Shown here: piece by piece, positions 27,399 to 41,020 of the stretch
How the letters are laid out: every line of letters starts with the position of its first letter
Position numbering within the stretch: the stretch's first letter is position 1
From: the human T2T-CHM13v2.0 reference genome, Homo sapiens
Length of the DNA: 64,000 nt
Assembly (NCBI RefSeq): GCF_009914755.1
Contig: NC_060928.1
Strand: one strand, 5' to 3'
Made by a program: the position numbers and the translations under genes
Notes under the pieces: model-generated
What the model saw: the letters and a program-made list of their open reading frames with translations, nothing else
What the model was told of the DNA's origin: nothing
Database searches by the model: none

Positions 27399-27674
27399 TT
27401 TTTTATTTTTATTTTTTTTTGAGACAGTGTCTCACTTTGTCACCCAGGCTGGAGTGCAGTGGCATGATCACGGCTCACTGCAGCCTTGACCTCCTGGGTT
27501 CAAGCCATCTTCCCACCTCAGCCTCTTAAGAGAAGCTAATTTTTTGGTATTTTTTGTAGAGACAGGGTTTTGGTATGTTGCCCAGGCTGGTCTCAAACTC
27601 CTGAGCTCAAGCAATCTGCCTGCCTTGGCCCTCCAAAGTGCTGGCATTACAGGCATGAGCCACCACACCCAGTC
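27397..27674 (-). mobile_element. AluJ with internal deletion in the right arm
   Basis: J-type diagnostics 'gctcactgcagccttgacctcc' and 'ctcctgagctcaagc'; the segment after 'ctcagcctc' is shortened. Confidence 0.93.
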
Positions 27675-28596
27675 TCACAGGGAATATTTGCTACCTATTT
27701 TTGTATATTTTATCTTCGCTCTCTTTGTGTTTATCTTCTTTCTCAATGCAGCAACCTCCTCCCCAAACTCCAGACAAGCCCTTTTTGTAGCTCTAAGTAG
27801 TATCTTTTTGTGCATGAATTTAGGTCATTGTTGTACCTTGGTCTCTGACTTTAGTTCTATTCTCAATACTAAATTCAAGTAAAAATACGTAAGGACAGAG
27901 AGAAAGGGAACATGACATCATTCACTTGCCATGGCTTGTTTTTTCTGATACCTAGTGAATGAATTGGCATTGTTTCAAACAAGGCCAATAGTTAGTGGGA
28001 TTGAAAGCCAGGTCCTGTACCATGTTAATATGCATGAAAGGCATTTATTCTGTAGGTGTTAATCTCGTGAAAACCATTGGGCATGCCAATTCTCCCGTCT
28101 TCTGCTGTCTACATGATCAGGAAAAAGAGAGCAATTCCCTAGGAAGTAAACTCCATTGAGGCCTCATTAATTAAGAAAGAAGATCATGCATATTTGTAGT
28201 AGTTCAATAAGAATTGAGCTAAAGCTTGTGTTTATACTATCTTCTGTGGAAGCTTGTTGAACAAGAAAATAGTGTCCACAAGGTAAAGAAAACATTTATT
28301 TTACTTAAAACAACATATTAAGCAGGTCAGAAGCATACTTTCTTTTACAAATAATTGTTAAGATAATTAAAACAATTTTTACATTATCATTACACTATAA
28401 AAAACTCAGAGTAATAAAGTCAGATTTTAAAAATGTGTGTAATAACAATCATAAGCCTATGTAAAGGCTTATATAAAGGCTTACATAGATCCATGTAAAG
28501 ATAAGGTTAACAAATATTTATTTCAATATTCTTCTTTTAGTCTTACAATAATCTAAAGTAGTATGACAGAAACTATTATCCCCATGCACTAGTTGG

Positions 28597-28935
28597 GTTA
28601 GTTAACTGTAGCTGCCATAGCAGGGAAACCCTGATAATGTCAGTGGTTTAACACAACAGAGGTTTCTTTCTCCCTCAGGAAAAGTGTGATGGTAATTGGA
28701 TGAACCACCTCGATCTTGCAGCTATACCAAATAGAACATCTGACACATGTGGCCTCTGAGGTTGCTTCAGCTGAGGGAGGGCTGGAGGAGATACACTGGT
28801 TTGTACCTTCCTTGACCTGTAGAGATTCAAGTCGTGTGCTTTCAGATTTCACCAGCTCGAGTTAGTCACATGGTCTCACCCTGACTGCAGGGAGGTGGAG
28901 TGGTATATCTGGAAAGCATTGTCCTTCTCTGTCAA
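28597..28935 (-). mobile_element. Ancient MLT1 (J/K/L-like) LTR
   Basis: 'cagtggtttaacacaacagaggtttctttctc' and 'ttagtcacatggtc...actgcaggga'. Confidence 0.5.
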
Positions 28936-29057
28936 ACACAATTTTACAAATAAGAGAACTCTGAATAATCAGTAATGTGTGCAAATTCACACAGATATCA
29001 AATGGAGAAGCTGGATTTTTCAAAGGTCTTTTAACCCCAGTTCCAATGAACATATAC

Positions 29058-29109
29058 AATAGTGTCTCTCTACATAATCTAATAATAGTATCTCTCTATG
29101 TAATCTAAT
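29058..29109. repeat. 26-bp tandem duplication
   Basis: aatagtgtctctctacataatctaat / aatagtatctctctatgtaatctaat. Confidence 0.85.
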
Positions 29110-29324
29110 AATGTCTAATAATAGTTTACTAAATCAAATAGACTCTCATTTAATCCCGAGGACATTGAGACAGTTGTGTTTGTGCACATTTAGGAGAAAA
29201 TATAAGGAGAACCCTGATTATTCCTGTTATAAGTATTATGTGGAATTCTAATTTAATGATAACACTTAGTACTTCATAGGCTTGTTATGTTTCCTATTCT
29301 CCCAATGTAACCAGATCTGTGATG

Positions 29325-29545
29325 GGGCAGTGTGGTGGAGTGGAAAGACCATGGCTTTGGTACCAGATAGATCTCTATTCACATTCCTGTAACAACACTT
29401 ACCAGTGGTGTAATGTTTTGAGCAAGTTATTTAACTTCTATTATTTTCATTCTCATTTATGTAATAGAGACAACAATATCATGTAGGCTTTTTAAATGTA
29501 TAAACAAGTTAATATTTATAAAGTCCCTGGAAATAGTAGGTAATG
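29325..29545 (+). mobile_element. MIR
   Basis: 'ggcagtgtggtggagtggaaaga...ttgagcaagttatttaacttct'. Confidence 0.7.
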
Positions 29546-30614
29546 TTATTTTTTAATTTCCCTTAAAAAGCAGCATGTTCAAGTTCATAAAGCAAGATAT
29601 CTTAGAATTAGATGATGAAATACAAAATCAGACTTCATGCAAAGAAATTTCATCAAATTAAAAAATATATATAAGCACAAATACTTATCCAGTGGAAAAA
29701 ACTGCCCAAACCAGCAATAAAAAAGCAATGTGAATTGAGGAAGAAATCCAGATATATAGCCACTGGCTGGGTTTGCGAGGTTAGATTGATGAAATACAGG
29801 CTGATCTATATTTCTTGGAGTTGATGAGTGTAGGTTTTGATGGACCATCTGATAGTATTTGCTCTGCACAGCCCCTGTTTTCATGTGGTTGATTATCTGT
29901 ATTACACAGGAAGAAACAACGGGATGATAAAGTCTAACTGCAACAGTAAGTTTCCATGTGCGAGTCTGAAGTTGCTGTCAGTTAGTGTAACCAGAAGATG
30001 CTCTGGGAAACATCAGGGCTGGGCTGGGGAAGGGTGGCCGTGGAGCACTGGGTGTGTTTCATTTGGAGGTCATCACCAATGCCCCCTGTGTCCTGAAGCC
30101 ATTATCATGTGAGGATAAATATCTTCTGGTTTTCTTGAGCAATAAAAACAGTGCTAGATTTTAAGCATATAGTGGTAGAATATACTCATAGCTGTATGGA
30201 AAATGTATATGTTGACATGTGGAATCCAGCAGAGAGATACATATACTGTCAGATTTCCCTGAGCTGAACATTCTCAAAGTCCAGGTCTTAAGTTTAATCC
30301 AAGATCCTATTGGGAAGGGGTTTTAACTTCTTCCTTTGGAGAGTGGTGTGGTCACCTTGGCTTGTTTTGTTGTAAAGTGAACAGTGAAAATAGAATTATG
30401 AGAATTGCATAGAAGTTAAAATTTGGCATCTTCCAGAATTACTTTTTATAGAAATTACCAAAAGCAGATAGAAAATAGCCAAGATTCTTTGGGCAAATTA
30501 TTCCAGGGTCTTATGATGCTTCTTATTAGAGTAGTCTGGATGTGATAGTCAACGAGTCTTCCTCGGTGAAGTGTGGTATGAACTGGAGGTAAACTGGTTA
30601 CTATAAATCAGAGT

Positions 30615-31274
30615 GGGTATATATTTAATAGAAATAAAAGCAATATCTTGAAGAGGTATATCCACTCACGTGTTCATTGCAGAATTATTCACAACAGCCA
30701 AAATATGGAATCAACCTGTGTCCATTGAAGGTTGATTGGATAAAGAAAATGTGGCATATATACACAATGGAATATTATTCAGCCATAAAAAAGAAGGAAA
30801 TCCTGTCATTTGTGACAACATGTATGAACCTGGAGGACATTATGTTAAGTGGAATAAGCTGGGCACATAACAACAAATGCCATGTGATCTCACTTATATG
30901 TGAAATCTAAAAAAGAGAGACTCAAAGAAATAGAAAGTAAAATGGTGGTTGGTGGATTTAGGCTGAGGAAAATGGGGAAATGTTGGTCAAAGTCATAGTT
31001 ATTCAGGATGAGTAAGTTCTAGAGAGCTAATGTTCAGCATGGCGACTGTAGTTAATAATACTGTATTGTATACTTGCAATTTGCTAAAAGAGTAGATCTT
31101 TAATGTTCTCAGCACAACAAAAAAGAAAATAGCTATGTGAGGTGATGGATATATCACTTAGCTTGATTGTGGTGCTCATTTCACAGTATATATATATATA
31201 TATATGTAGTTATACACTGTAAACATACACAATTTTTATGTATAATTATACCTCAATAAAGCTAGAAAAAAAAA
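30615..31274 (+). mobile_element. L1MA-type 3' end (ORF2 C-terminus plus 3'UTR)
   Basis: The ORF 30677-30910 translates to an L1 ORF2 tail ([19 protein letters not shown]); 3'UTR ends 'cctcaataaagct' plus A tail. Confidence 0.9.
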
Positions 31275-33371
31275 GAAATCAATTACTGCTCTCTGTTCAC
31301 AGACCTTCCTCTTAAGGTTTTTAAAACCAATTTTTAAAAGTTTTGATTTTTATTAAAGATCTAACCTGAGCTTTCCAGATAGATGGGAAAATAACCTTTT
31401 GTGAGTTAAGGTGGAATGTTTGTTTTGTTTTATTTTTGTTTCATAACATTTGCCCCCTAAAATATCCACTGACAGTCACATTTTCATTTTGCTTTTTAGT
31501 TGATTGAGCTACAGTGTTTTAAGCTCTGGGGACACAGATATAAACAGGAGAGGTCTCTGCTGTCATGGAGCTCATGCCATAGCACTCGGTCTAACATGCG
31601 GTGCGTGAGCTGCCAGCTCATCCATTATTCATTAACATCATTGAGCATTTGTACATGATGGGTGGTTTTCCATGTTCAATTCATTCTTTTTTACCCACCC
31701 ATCCATTTGTTTATTAATCGAGGGCCCAGAAGTTACCTAGGACTTCTGAATAAATGCCTTCTACAATCACCAAAGAAAGAGATCACAGCCTTCCCAAGAT
31801 TTCAGTGTTCCGTGGAATAATTTTTTATCTGTGGTTCCAACTTAGTGATGTCGGAACCTGGAGGTGATGAAGGCTTACTGACAATAACAAAATCCATTGT
31901 TCTGAGGATCATGCTATTATGAGGAGTTTAAAATTTGGAAAATAGCTTTACAGAAAATAAAAATCACAATCAAAATGGATACAAGTTATTGAAGATGACT
32001 TAACCAGAATATATTCAAGTTATTAAACTTAGAGCTGGGAACTTGAGAGACCTCCTTCCCTTCCAGCATTCCAATGTCCTCTTCCAATGTGTTCCAAAGC
32101 ACAATAAAGAGAAAAACCCACTGGCTAAGAAAAATATTGCCTAGCTATGCTGTAATTCAAAGCAGGTTTCTCAATCTTTTCCTTCTGAAATTTCTTTTGA
32201 GTCTCAGAGCAAGAAGGGTAACCACAGGCCCTGTGTGGGAATGATCCTGACCGAATAAGGGCTGGGAATCCAGAACCTTTTAACAAATACTTTGTCAAGG
32301 CAATATTTATTTATCATAAAAATCAAACCAATTTTCTGTAGCTTCCATCTCTCTTAGCCTGCCTGTGAACCTGTGCCTCTGCATTCAATGAGTTAAAGAG
32401 CTCTTTGCTGAATGGATTTATAAACAGAAATTTGAACACAGTGGTTTAACAAGTGAGACAGAAATATATCTTCTTCTATCTCCTACCCACTCCTTCTGGC
32501 TTTTCTGTTTTTGCTAAAGGTACTACCTATTCTTTGGCCTATCAGCATGGAGCCATCTATGAACACTCTTCTTTCTTTGCTCCCATCATCTACTGGCAGA
32601 AAATTTTAAAACGCAGAAGTACAAAAAATAAATGTGAAAGTTTACCTCCACTCCTCCATCCTCAGTAGTTCTTTAAACTCAATTACTTTTAACCATTTGT
32701 ATTTTTAATTCTTATGCTTTAACCCCAATACTCTGAATAATATATTCATACCTCTGCTAATTAACATGTTAACCTTAGATAGCATTTATTTATTCCTTAC
32801 AATGAAAGAAGAATAATTAGCTTGCTTATACTACCCAACTTTTACCCTCCACATTTTTTGTTTTACGCTATTTGTATATGTTCTATTGCTTAACTTTATA
32901 AAATACTTAAACTCCTTCTAGATAAATTATCAATTTTAGAAGATATTGCTTGCCTTACTATGAAAGACCAGGAAATAATCATGCCTGTACTTTTCCACTT
33001 TATTTCCTCCATGTAGCTTCTCTGAGCTACGCTTTGCTTTCTATTCACTTTGCTTTCCTTAATTCTTTCCCTGTTTTCTTACCTTTGATTATGGTGATCA
33101 AGTTTTCTCTGTTCCTCTGGTCCTTTTACTGATCTGAAAAGTTATGCATACACTTTATATTCTTTTTAAAGGTTACCCTTAAAATTTCAATATGCATGTT
33201 TCATGTGACCTAACATTAATCCACGTCTCTATCCTCTTCTGAAAGAAGGTCAAATCATAACATGCTTTAACCCAAACTCCTTCTTCCTGTCTTCTCTGTT
33301 AACTATTATTTGAAATTTTAGTTGAACTTAGTTTTATAACTTCCCCAAAGAGATCATTTAGATTTACCAAA

Positions 33372-33845
33372 TGCGAGAGCCTGGGAGGTGCCCTGCTCAG
33401 ATGTCCCTTTAAGTGAGAACTTGCTGCAAGGAGTGTAGTGAGCTGGCAGCCTGCATTTGCTGTACCTTCAGGATCCGTGGCAGTGTTCATGCTGAAGCTC
33501 TGCTCTGCATGGGCCATCTCCAGCCAGTGGCTGAGCTCAGGAAGAGCATGCAAACCGATCATTGCTGCCTACATGGGACTCCCTCACAGGCTGCTTTGCT
33601 CTGCCTTCCTGCACTGGCCTGAGACTCTCACAGGTGCACTGCTACCTCGGGCTCTTCCTTTTCAATCCTTCTTCATTTGCCCCTCTCCTTTCACAGATGT
33701 CAGATCTGTGTCATGGTCTGAAGGATTTCCCTGACTACTCTTGCTTCATCTCTGCTTTCCTTTTCATGGGATTTCTCTGCAACAGATCTCTTGCATTTCT
33801 GATTCCATGATGGTGTGTTTGCTTCCTGGAGAGCTCAAAATGACA
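33372..33845 (+). mobile_element. ERVL solo LTR (LTR16-like)
   Basis: 'ggtgccctgctcagatgtccctt' start and 'tgcttcctggagagctcaaaatgaca' end resemble the recalled LTR16 family. Confidence 0.55.
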
Positions 33846-33939
33846 CCAGAGTTTTCTAATCATTCCTTTGTTCCCTTGAGCTTCTTGTACTCCTGCCATC
33901 TGTTCAGCCTGGATGCTTTCTTAGCGTACCATTCTCATT

Positions 33940-34400
33940 ATCCTTAGTTTGTCCTACAAAGTCCTGTATGACCAGGTACCTCCTTACTGTCCAACGTTAT
34001 CCTCACCCCATCAGTAAATATAGCTCAGCCTTATAGCCCTCCTTTTAGCTTCTCAAATGAACTAAGCTCTTTCTTTCTTGAGAGTTTTTCTGTGCTGGCT
34101 GCTCTTCCAGGAACCCTTTTCTCCCAGTCTTTGTAGAGCCAACTCCTCATCTTTACATCTCTTGTATCATCACTTCAGGGATGCCTTTCCCTGATCACTC
34201 CCCTTCTGCAGCTTTTTTATGTGGTAACGCAGCAGCTGGTTGTTTTTATTTCCAAAATGATATTTTGTAATTATTTATCTCTTTTCCACTATGTAGCAAG
34301 CAGAGATTATATTCGTTTCATTCACCACTGTAGACTTAGCACTTAGCACAGGACCTGGGACAAAACAGATAGTTAGTAAAGATTTATTTCGTGAATGAAT
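33940..34400 (+). mobile_element. L2 3' end
   Basis: 'cacttagcacaggacctgg...agtaaagatttatttcgtgaatgaat' terminus. Confidence 0.7.
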
Positions 34401-35665
34401 AGTCCCCTCTTTCACGTTCACTGACACCATTCTTACCTCTTGTCTTTTCATTGCTACAATGTCCTTAACAGTCTTACTATTCACCACAGCTAGATTAGTC
34501 TTCCCTGAGTATAGCCCCTTTTAGTGTTCATTTCTGCTCAAAAAACCACCAAGGAGTTCCCATTCCTCATGACTTAGGTACAGATGTCTCAGCCTGGCAC
34601 TCAAGGAAGCCACAAGGTCCATCTTTCTAGCCTCATCTCCCTGCGATGGTCTCTCTCTCAAGTCAAACTGGACAATCACCAGTCACCAAGCACATTCTGA
34701 CATTCTGGGCTTTCTTCTCGCCACATCTTGGGCTATGCTAGATTGATCACCATACTTTTTCTCCCCATCCCTCTTCCATCTCACTATGTTGTTGAGTCAA
34801 AATCTATGTGGCCCCTCCCAGTGGAAATTCTTCCTCATCATTCTAAATTAATGTGCCAGCTTCTACTCTAAAATCCCATGGCCTATTGTTTGAGATTTAG
34901 GGCATTTTCAAATTTACTTTATATTAAAATGATTATTTACTTGCCTTTTCTTAACCTTGCCAAAGTCCATGATCCTTCATGACAGGAACTCTTTTATACA
35001 TCTTTTGTGGCCTCTACAGCACTGAGCATATACCTTCTTACTCTTACATTTTTATTTTTAAAATTTTACTTTTATTTATAAATAATACTTTAATATAATT
35101 ACCACTTTATTTGTATGAGTATAAAATAATACATATATTATGGAAGACATGAGAGACATAAAATATTAGAGAATAAGAAATAAACTGCAATTGCATCACC
35201 TGCCAATCATCATTTCTTAGCATTCTATTGTATTTCTTTTTGTTTTTATTTTTCAATAGATAATGTTTGTATTAGCACAGATCATATTGAATACACAATT
35301 TTGTGTTTTGGAGAGTTCCAGGTGCAGTTGAAAAGTCTAGTTCTAAATTTTCTCTTTTTTCTAGAAAATACTCAAACAATAGGAGAACTAAAAACAACAA
35401 GAAAAAAAAAAACCTCAAAATATATTTAATCAAAAGTGAGAGGAAAAAGAAACCCAAGAAAATTCCAGATTTCTTTTAAGTGCTGCCAAAGGCAGAGCTG
35501 AACAGGAAGCCCATGTTGTTCTTCAGGTAAGACCAGAGGTTTCAAAGGGCAGTAAGGGCTAGAAGTTCTCAGAGCTGTCCAGCAAATATTCCTTTTGAAC
35601 AAGAGGTCTCCACTCTGAAAGGGACAAGATAAAGCAGAGCAAGTTCTTTTGCTGAAGGAAGCAGA

Positions 35666-36153
<488 letters not shown>

Positions 36154-36409
36154 TTAAATTGAGTTATAGGTAATGTGTATAGAAATTATAGAGATAATTT
36201 GGACAGATAATGTTATGTTTTTTCTAAGAGGGTTTATGTTTGCTTTTGACAGGCATTTAGGTTACAGGGAATTCACCTTAATTCAATTCAGGATTGAGCT
36301 GATTTGAAACTAGGTTTTATTCTTTGCGATGACTGGTCTACTTATGATTCACACTGATTCTTAGATCCTTCCTCCTTGGTTGACCTTTATAGTAGTTTCC
36401 TAAGGCTTC

Positions 36410-36814
36410 TGTGTTAGGCTGTTCTTGCATTGCTATAAAGAAATACCTGAGCCTGGGTAATTTATAAGGAAAAGAGGTTTAATTGGCTGATGTTTTAGCA
36501 GGCTGTACAAGCATGGCTCTGGCATCTGCTTCTGGTGAGGGCCCCAGGAAGCTTACAATCATGGCAGAAGATAAAGGAGGAGCAGGCATATCATGTGATG
36601 AAAGCAGGAGCAAAAGAGAAGGGGAGGTGCCACACACTTTTAAACAACCAGCTCTCATGAGAACTCACTCACTCATTATCACAAGGACAGCACCAAGCCA
36701 TGCATGAGGGATCTGCCCCCATGACCCAAACACCTCCCACCAGACCCCACCTCCAACATTAGGGATTACATTTCAACATGAGATTTGGAGAGGACAAACA
36801 TCCAAGCTATATTA
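36410..36814 (-). mobile_element. MST (MSTA/MSTB-like) solo LTR inserted in MLT1C
   Basis: 'tgtgttaggctgttcttgcattgctataaagaaatacctgag' to 'acatccaagctatatta'; 5-bp TSD gcttc/gctgc. Confidence 0.9.
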
Positions 36815-37274
36815 GCTGCCATAAAATATTTACCACGAAGGTGGCCTAGAACAACAGAAATTTATTCTTTCACAGTTCTAGAGGCTAGAAGTCCAAAATC
36901 AAAGTGTTGGCATGGTCATGCTCCCTCTGAAGGCTCCAGGGAAGAAGAATTCTTTGCCTCTTTCTAATTTCTGGTGGTCACAGAAATCCTTGGCATTCCT
37001 TGGCTTGGAGCTGCATCACTGTAGTCTCTGCTGCCATTGTTACACGACCTTCTGTCCTGAGTGTCTGTCTTCATGTCTCTTCTCTTACAAGGATACCAAT
37101 CATATTGAATTTAGGGCCCACCCTACTCTACTATGCCCTCATCTTAGTTTTTAAAGGTCTTTTAAACAACCAGATCTCATGAGAACTCACTCACTATCAC
37201 AAGGACAGCACCAAGCCATTCATGAGGGATCTGCCCCCATGACCTAAATATCTCCCACCAGGGCCCCACCTTAT

Positions 37275-37317
37275 AAGTAATGGCCAAAACTGCAAGTATC
37301 TTTTGCATCAACCTAAT
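37275..37317. mobile_element. Half MADE1 (Hsmar1 MITE)
   Basis: 'aagtaatggccaaaactgcaagtatcttttgcatcaacctaata' matches one MADE1 TIR plus TA. Confidence 0.8.
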
Positions 37318-37363
37318 AATTATAACTGTAAAGACCCTATTTTCAAAAAGTTAACATTCTTAG

Positions 37364-37570
<207 letters not shown>

Positions 37571-37809
37571 TAATGCAATCTTGAACTCCATTTTTGGCTC
37601 CAGCCCTGTGAAAGTTCTGAAAATCCTGTTCACCTTCTTAGTGTTTTAGCCATTACTTCTGAATGAACAAATGCCTTGAGGGCATATGTGCACCAAATGT
37701 CTGGCTTACCCTTCTGTGTTTCTTTTCTTAAGTTTGTTTGTTTTATTTTTTAATGGGGGAAGGTTAGTTTGATACAAGCTTATCAATCATAGCCTGAAAT
37801 GGTTGTCTA

Positions 37810-38500
37810 TTATAATGTTTTGATTTAATATTTTCCATTATCATTTTTATTGCTCTTTCTTCCTTCTTGAGTATTTAATTTCCATTTCGTATCATTTCCA
37901 TTCAGCCTGAAGAACTTTCTTTAGATTCCTTGTAGTATGGAGTCTAATTTTCTCTGCCAATTTTCTAGAAAAATTATCTTGGTTTCTTTTAACTTAAAAT
38001 GTCTTTACTTTGTCTCATTATTGAAGGATATTTTGTGGGGTATAGGTTTCTGGATTGACAGTATTTTTTAAAAAATCACTTAAAAATATTGCTCACTCTC
38101 TTCTGGCCTTCATAGTTTTATAGTGAGGAGTTGACTCATAATTGAAGCACTGTCCCCCTATATATAATGCCCCATTTTTCTCTTGCTGCTTTCCAGCTTT
38201 ACTATTTATATTTGGCTTCTGACTCTGACTCCTAACTTCCGAGTCTGACTCTGATGTGTCTCAATGTGGTTATCCTTCTTGGTTTTCATGGAGTACCTGG
38301 GATCTGTAAATTTATGTCTTTCATCAAATTTGGAAAATGTATGGCTATCACTTTTTCAAGTAGTTTTCTCCCCATTTTTTCTTGATTCTCCTGTTTCTGG
38401 GACTATAATTCATGCATGCAATTAGGTTTACCAGGTGTCTGAGGCTCTGTTCATTTCTTCCCCCTAATCTTTCCCCCACATTGATCTGTGTGCCCATTGG
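37810..38500 (-). mobile_element. Old L1M fragment
   Basis: 'gcctgaagaacttt', 'ttgaaggatatttt...tggattgacag', 'tttatgtctttcatcaaatttggaaa' antisense L1M motifs. Confidence 0.75.
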
Positions 38501-40914
38501 ATTACAAATCCAGAAATGCTCTACGTAAGTATACTTGTAATTGCAAATAGGAAACAATGTGTGCTAGAGTAATGAATAGTTATGTAAGTGTGGCAATAAG
38601 GAAAAATATATATAGATGTATGAGGAGAGGGTGGTCTTCTCAATGAGCCTATTGAATTTTTCCATCTCCCAGATAAAATATCTATTGTAATTGGCAGAAA
38701 TATGAACAAATACACAATGAATAGCATATTAAATAAGTTTTATTGAGAAATTAGAGGAAGAAATCTGATTTCCATTTTGTGACAATACCTACTAGTACAG
38801 CATTCATTTGTGAGTTCTCTTCCCACCGCTACCCCATCTATTTAAGTTGTGATATACTTTTTCTTGAGGAAGGTTTTGGTTAGTACAGTGTATCTGAATG
38901 GAAATGTGGTGAGGCAGGAGAGATGGAAGGAAGTTTGGAGATTGTCACATAACTCAGAAAAATCAAAGGGAGGTAACCTAGGAGGCTCCAGTCTTGCTAA
39001 CCTGAAAACAGAAAGGTAAAAACAGTATTGAAAGACGGTAACTTTTCTGTAGAAGTCAAAAGTTTAGTTGTCTCAGGATTTTATGTATATGTAATTCCAT
39101 AATTAGAAATTATATAACTGTTCTCAACTTCATCAGTTTTTAAAATTGTTATTTCTCTACTTAATCAGTTTTTAAATAATCCTTATAGATTTCTTCTTCT
39201 CCTTTAAAATTCTATAAATCCTTTTTCATCATCTTGGGTTTATTCATATGTATTTTGTTAAAGGCAGACTATGGATGCTTTAAAATATTTGAAGACAAAG
39301 CTCAAATAACACTCTGATAATACTCATATCCAAGCACTGACCCAAATAGGGCTAGCTGGATACACTCATGTACACGAGGGCATTTATCTCAAGGGAAAAA
39401 TGTTGCTATATGTTTTGAAACTTTTTTTGGTAAAACATATTAATTTTTAATGTATAGAGTAAATTGGTTATAGCATAAATGTAAATAAAGCTGTCCTCTA
39501 CCCCAATCCATTAATGCTCAATTTAAATTTAAGAATTTCAAGATAAACTAATCAGGAACAGTTTTTCTCAAATCAAGCCAACCATCAAACTCCATTTGAA
39601 AAACACATTTTCCTCCTTTGTTTGAGAGTAGCATTGATCTTTCACTTGTGGCTTTATTTGTGAGCAAATGAAAGCATCTGAGGGGTAGTGAAGCCCCTGG
39701 GAGTGTGACTGTCTCACAGACATTAAGCCTGCAGGTGGAGTCCTCGATCTCCTGACATGGGGCTTAGCCTGAAAAAGGGCCTCTCTTTCCCACTCCTGGG
39801 AGTGCTTACTTCTGAAGCCAGGAGTGTCAGGAAGTGGAGCCAACAAGAGAGGAATTTAGGTCCTCTGGAGACCTTATGGGGAATACTTTGGTTTTTCTTG
39901 AGAGCTCTCACACCTTGAGCTCTTCCACCTTCTTGTTTGTCACAGGCCTAAAGTTGGGAGTTGGGGAGAGGTGTGGCTGTCGGTGAGACTAGGGCTGGAG
40001 TCTTGATGCAGACACTTGGGAGGAAGCTCTTGCTTAGTCTCCAGCAAGTGGTTCTTGTCTAGTTTCCTGGCTGTGGGTTGTGACTATCATTTGCTAAAAC
40101 TTTGGAGAAGAAGGAGTGCTCAAATATTGAGGTGTCCTGATAATATAACTCCTGGTTTGCTCAGAGGTAAGCGGCCTCCTTCTTTGTGCCCAACTCTCTT
40201 GCTTTCTCCTTTCAACACTTCTTTTCACAACTCTCAGGCCTTGGGTCCTCGTCTTAATGCTCAGTCTATGGAACCTCAGGAAAGAATCTATTATCAACCA
40301 TTTGCCTTTTTTTGGAGTTGGGACGGGGGTGGGTAGTTCTTTTATTTTAAGACTTAGATCCTACTGTGGGAAAGCCTTTGCTTGCTACTAACCAAATTAG
40401 TAGGGGGTATTTGGGAGAGAAATTGGTTCGTCTAATATATTTAGGAGAAAAGTTGACTTTGGAGTGAGGATGTAATCCCAAAAGTTTGTGTATGAGTTGT
40501 GAATTTCTAAAATGTGATCTTTAGGTGCTCAGGGGATTCTGGTGCAGGTGCTAGATGAGATGAGTTGGCAGTTAATTGTAATTTTCCTGTTGCAAAACAG
40601 AAAGTCTCAACACAGCATTTCTTGATGACCAGTTTCACCCTTATTTGTCTCACAGACTACACACTACTTGCTCAGATGCTGCACCAATACTTTGCTAAGG
40701 AAATTCAATCTCTTAGTGCAATTTCCAAGACATATTTATTAATTGAGGCTGACTCATCATCCCAGAGTTCTAATATCATTAATAGGCCGTCCAATGTCCA
40801 ATGACATCAGTTTTGAAAATGTTCCTTCAGGTATTTGCACTAGTCCATTAACCCTGCTCCTCTTGTCTCCTGGAGCTGCAATCCTAGTTTAATCCCAATT
40901 TTGGACATTCATTT

Positions 40915-41020
40915 ATGTATTCATTCATTCACTCAGTTCAAGCATTTAATATTTATTGGGTGTCAGCTCTTGTTGCTGTGCTAAACCCTCAGGGTACTAA
41001 GATGAGTAAAACCTCAGAAT
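40915..41020 (-). mobile_element. L2 3' end fragment
   Basis: 'attcattcattcact...atttattgggtg...ctgtgcta'. Confidence 0.55.
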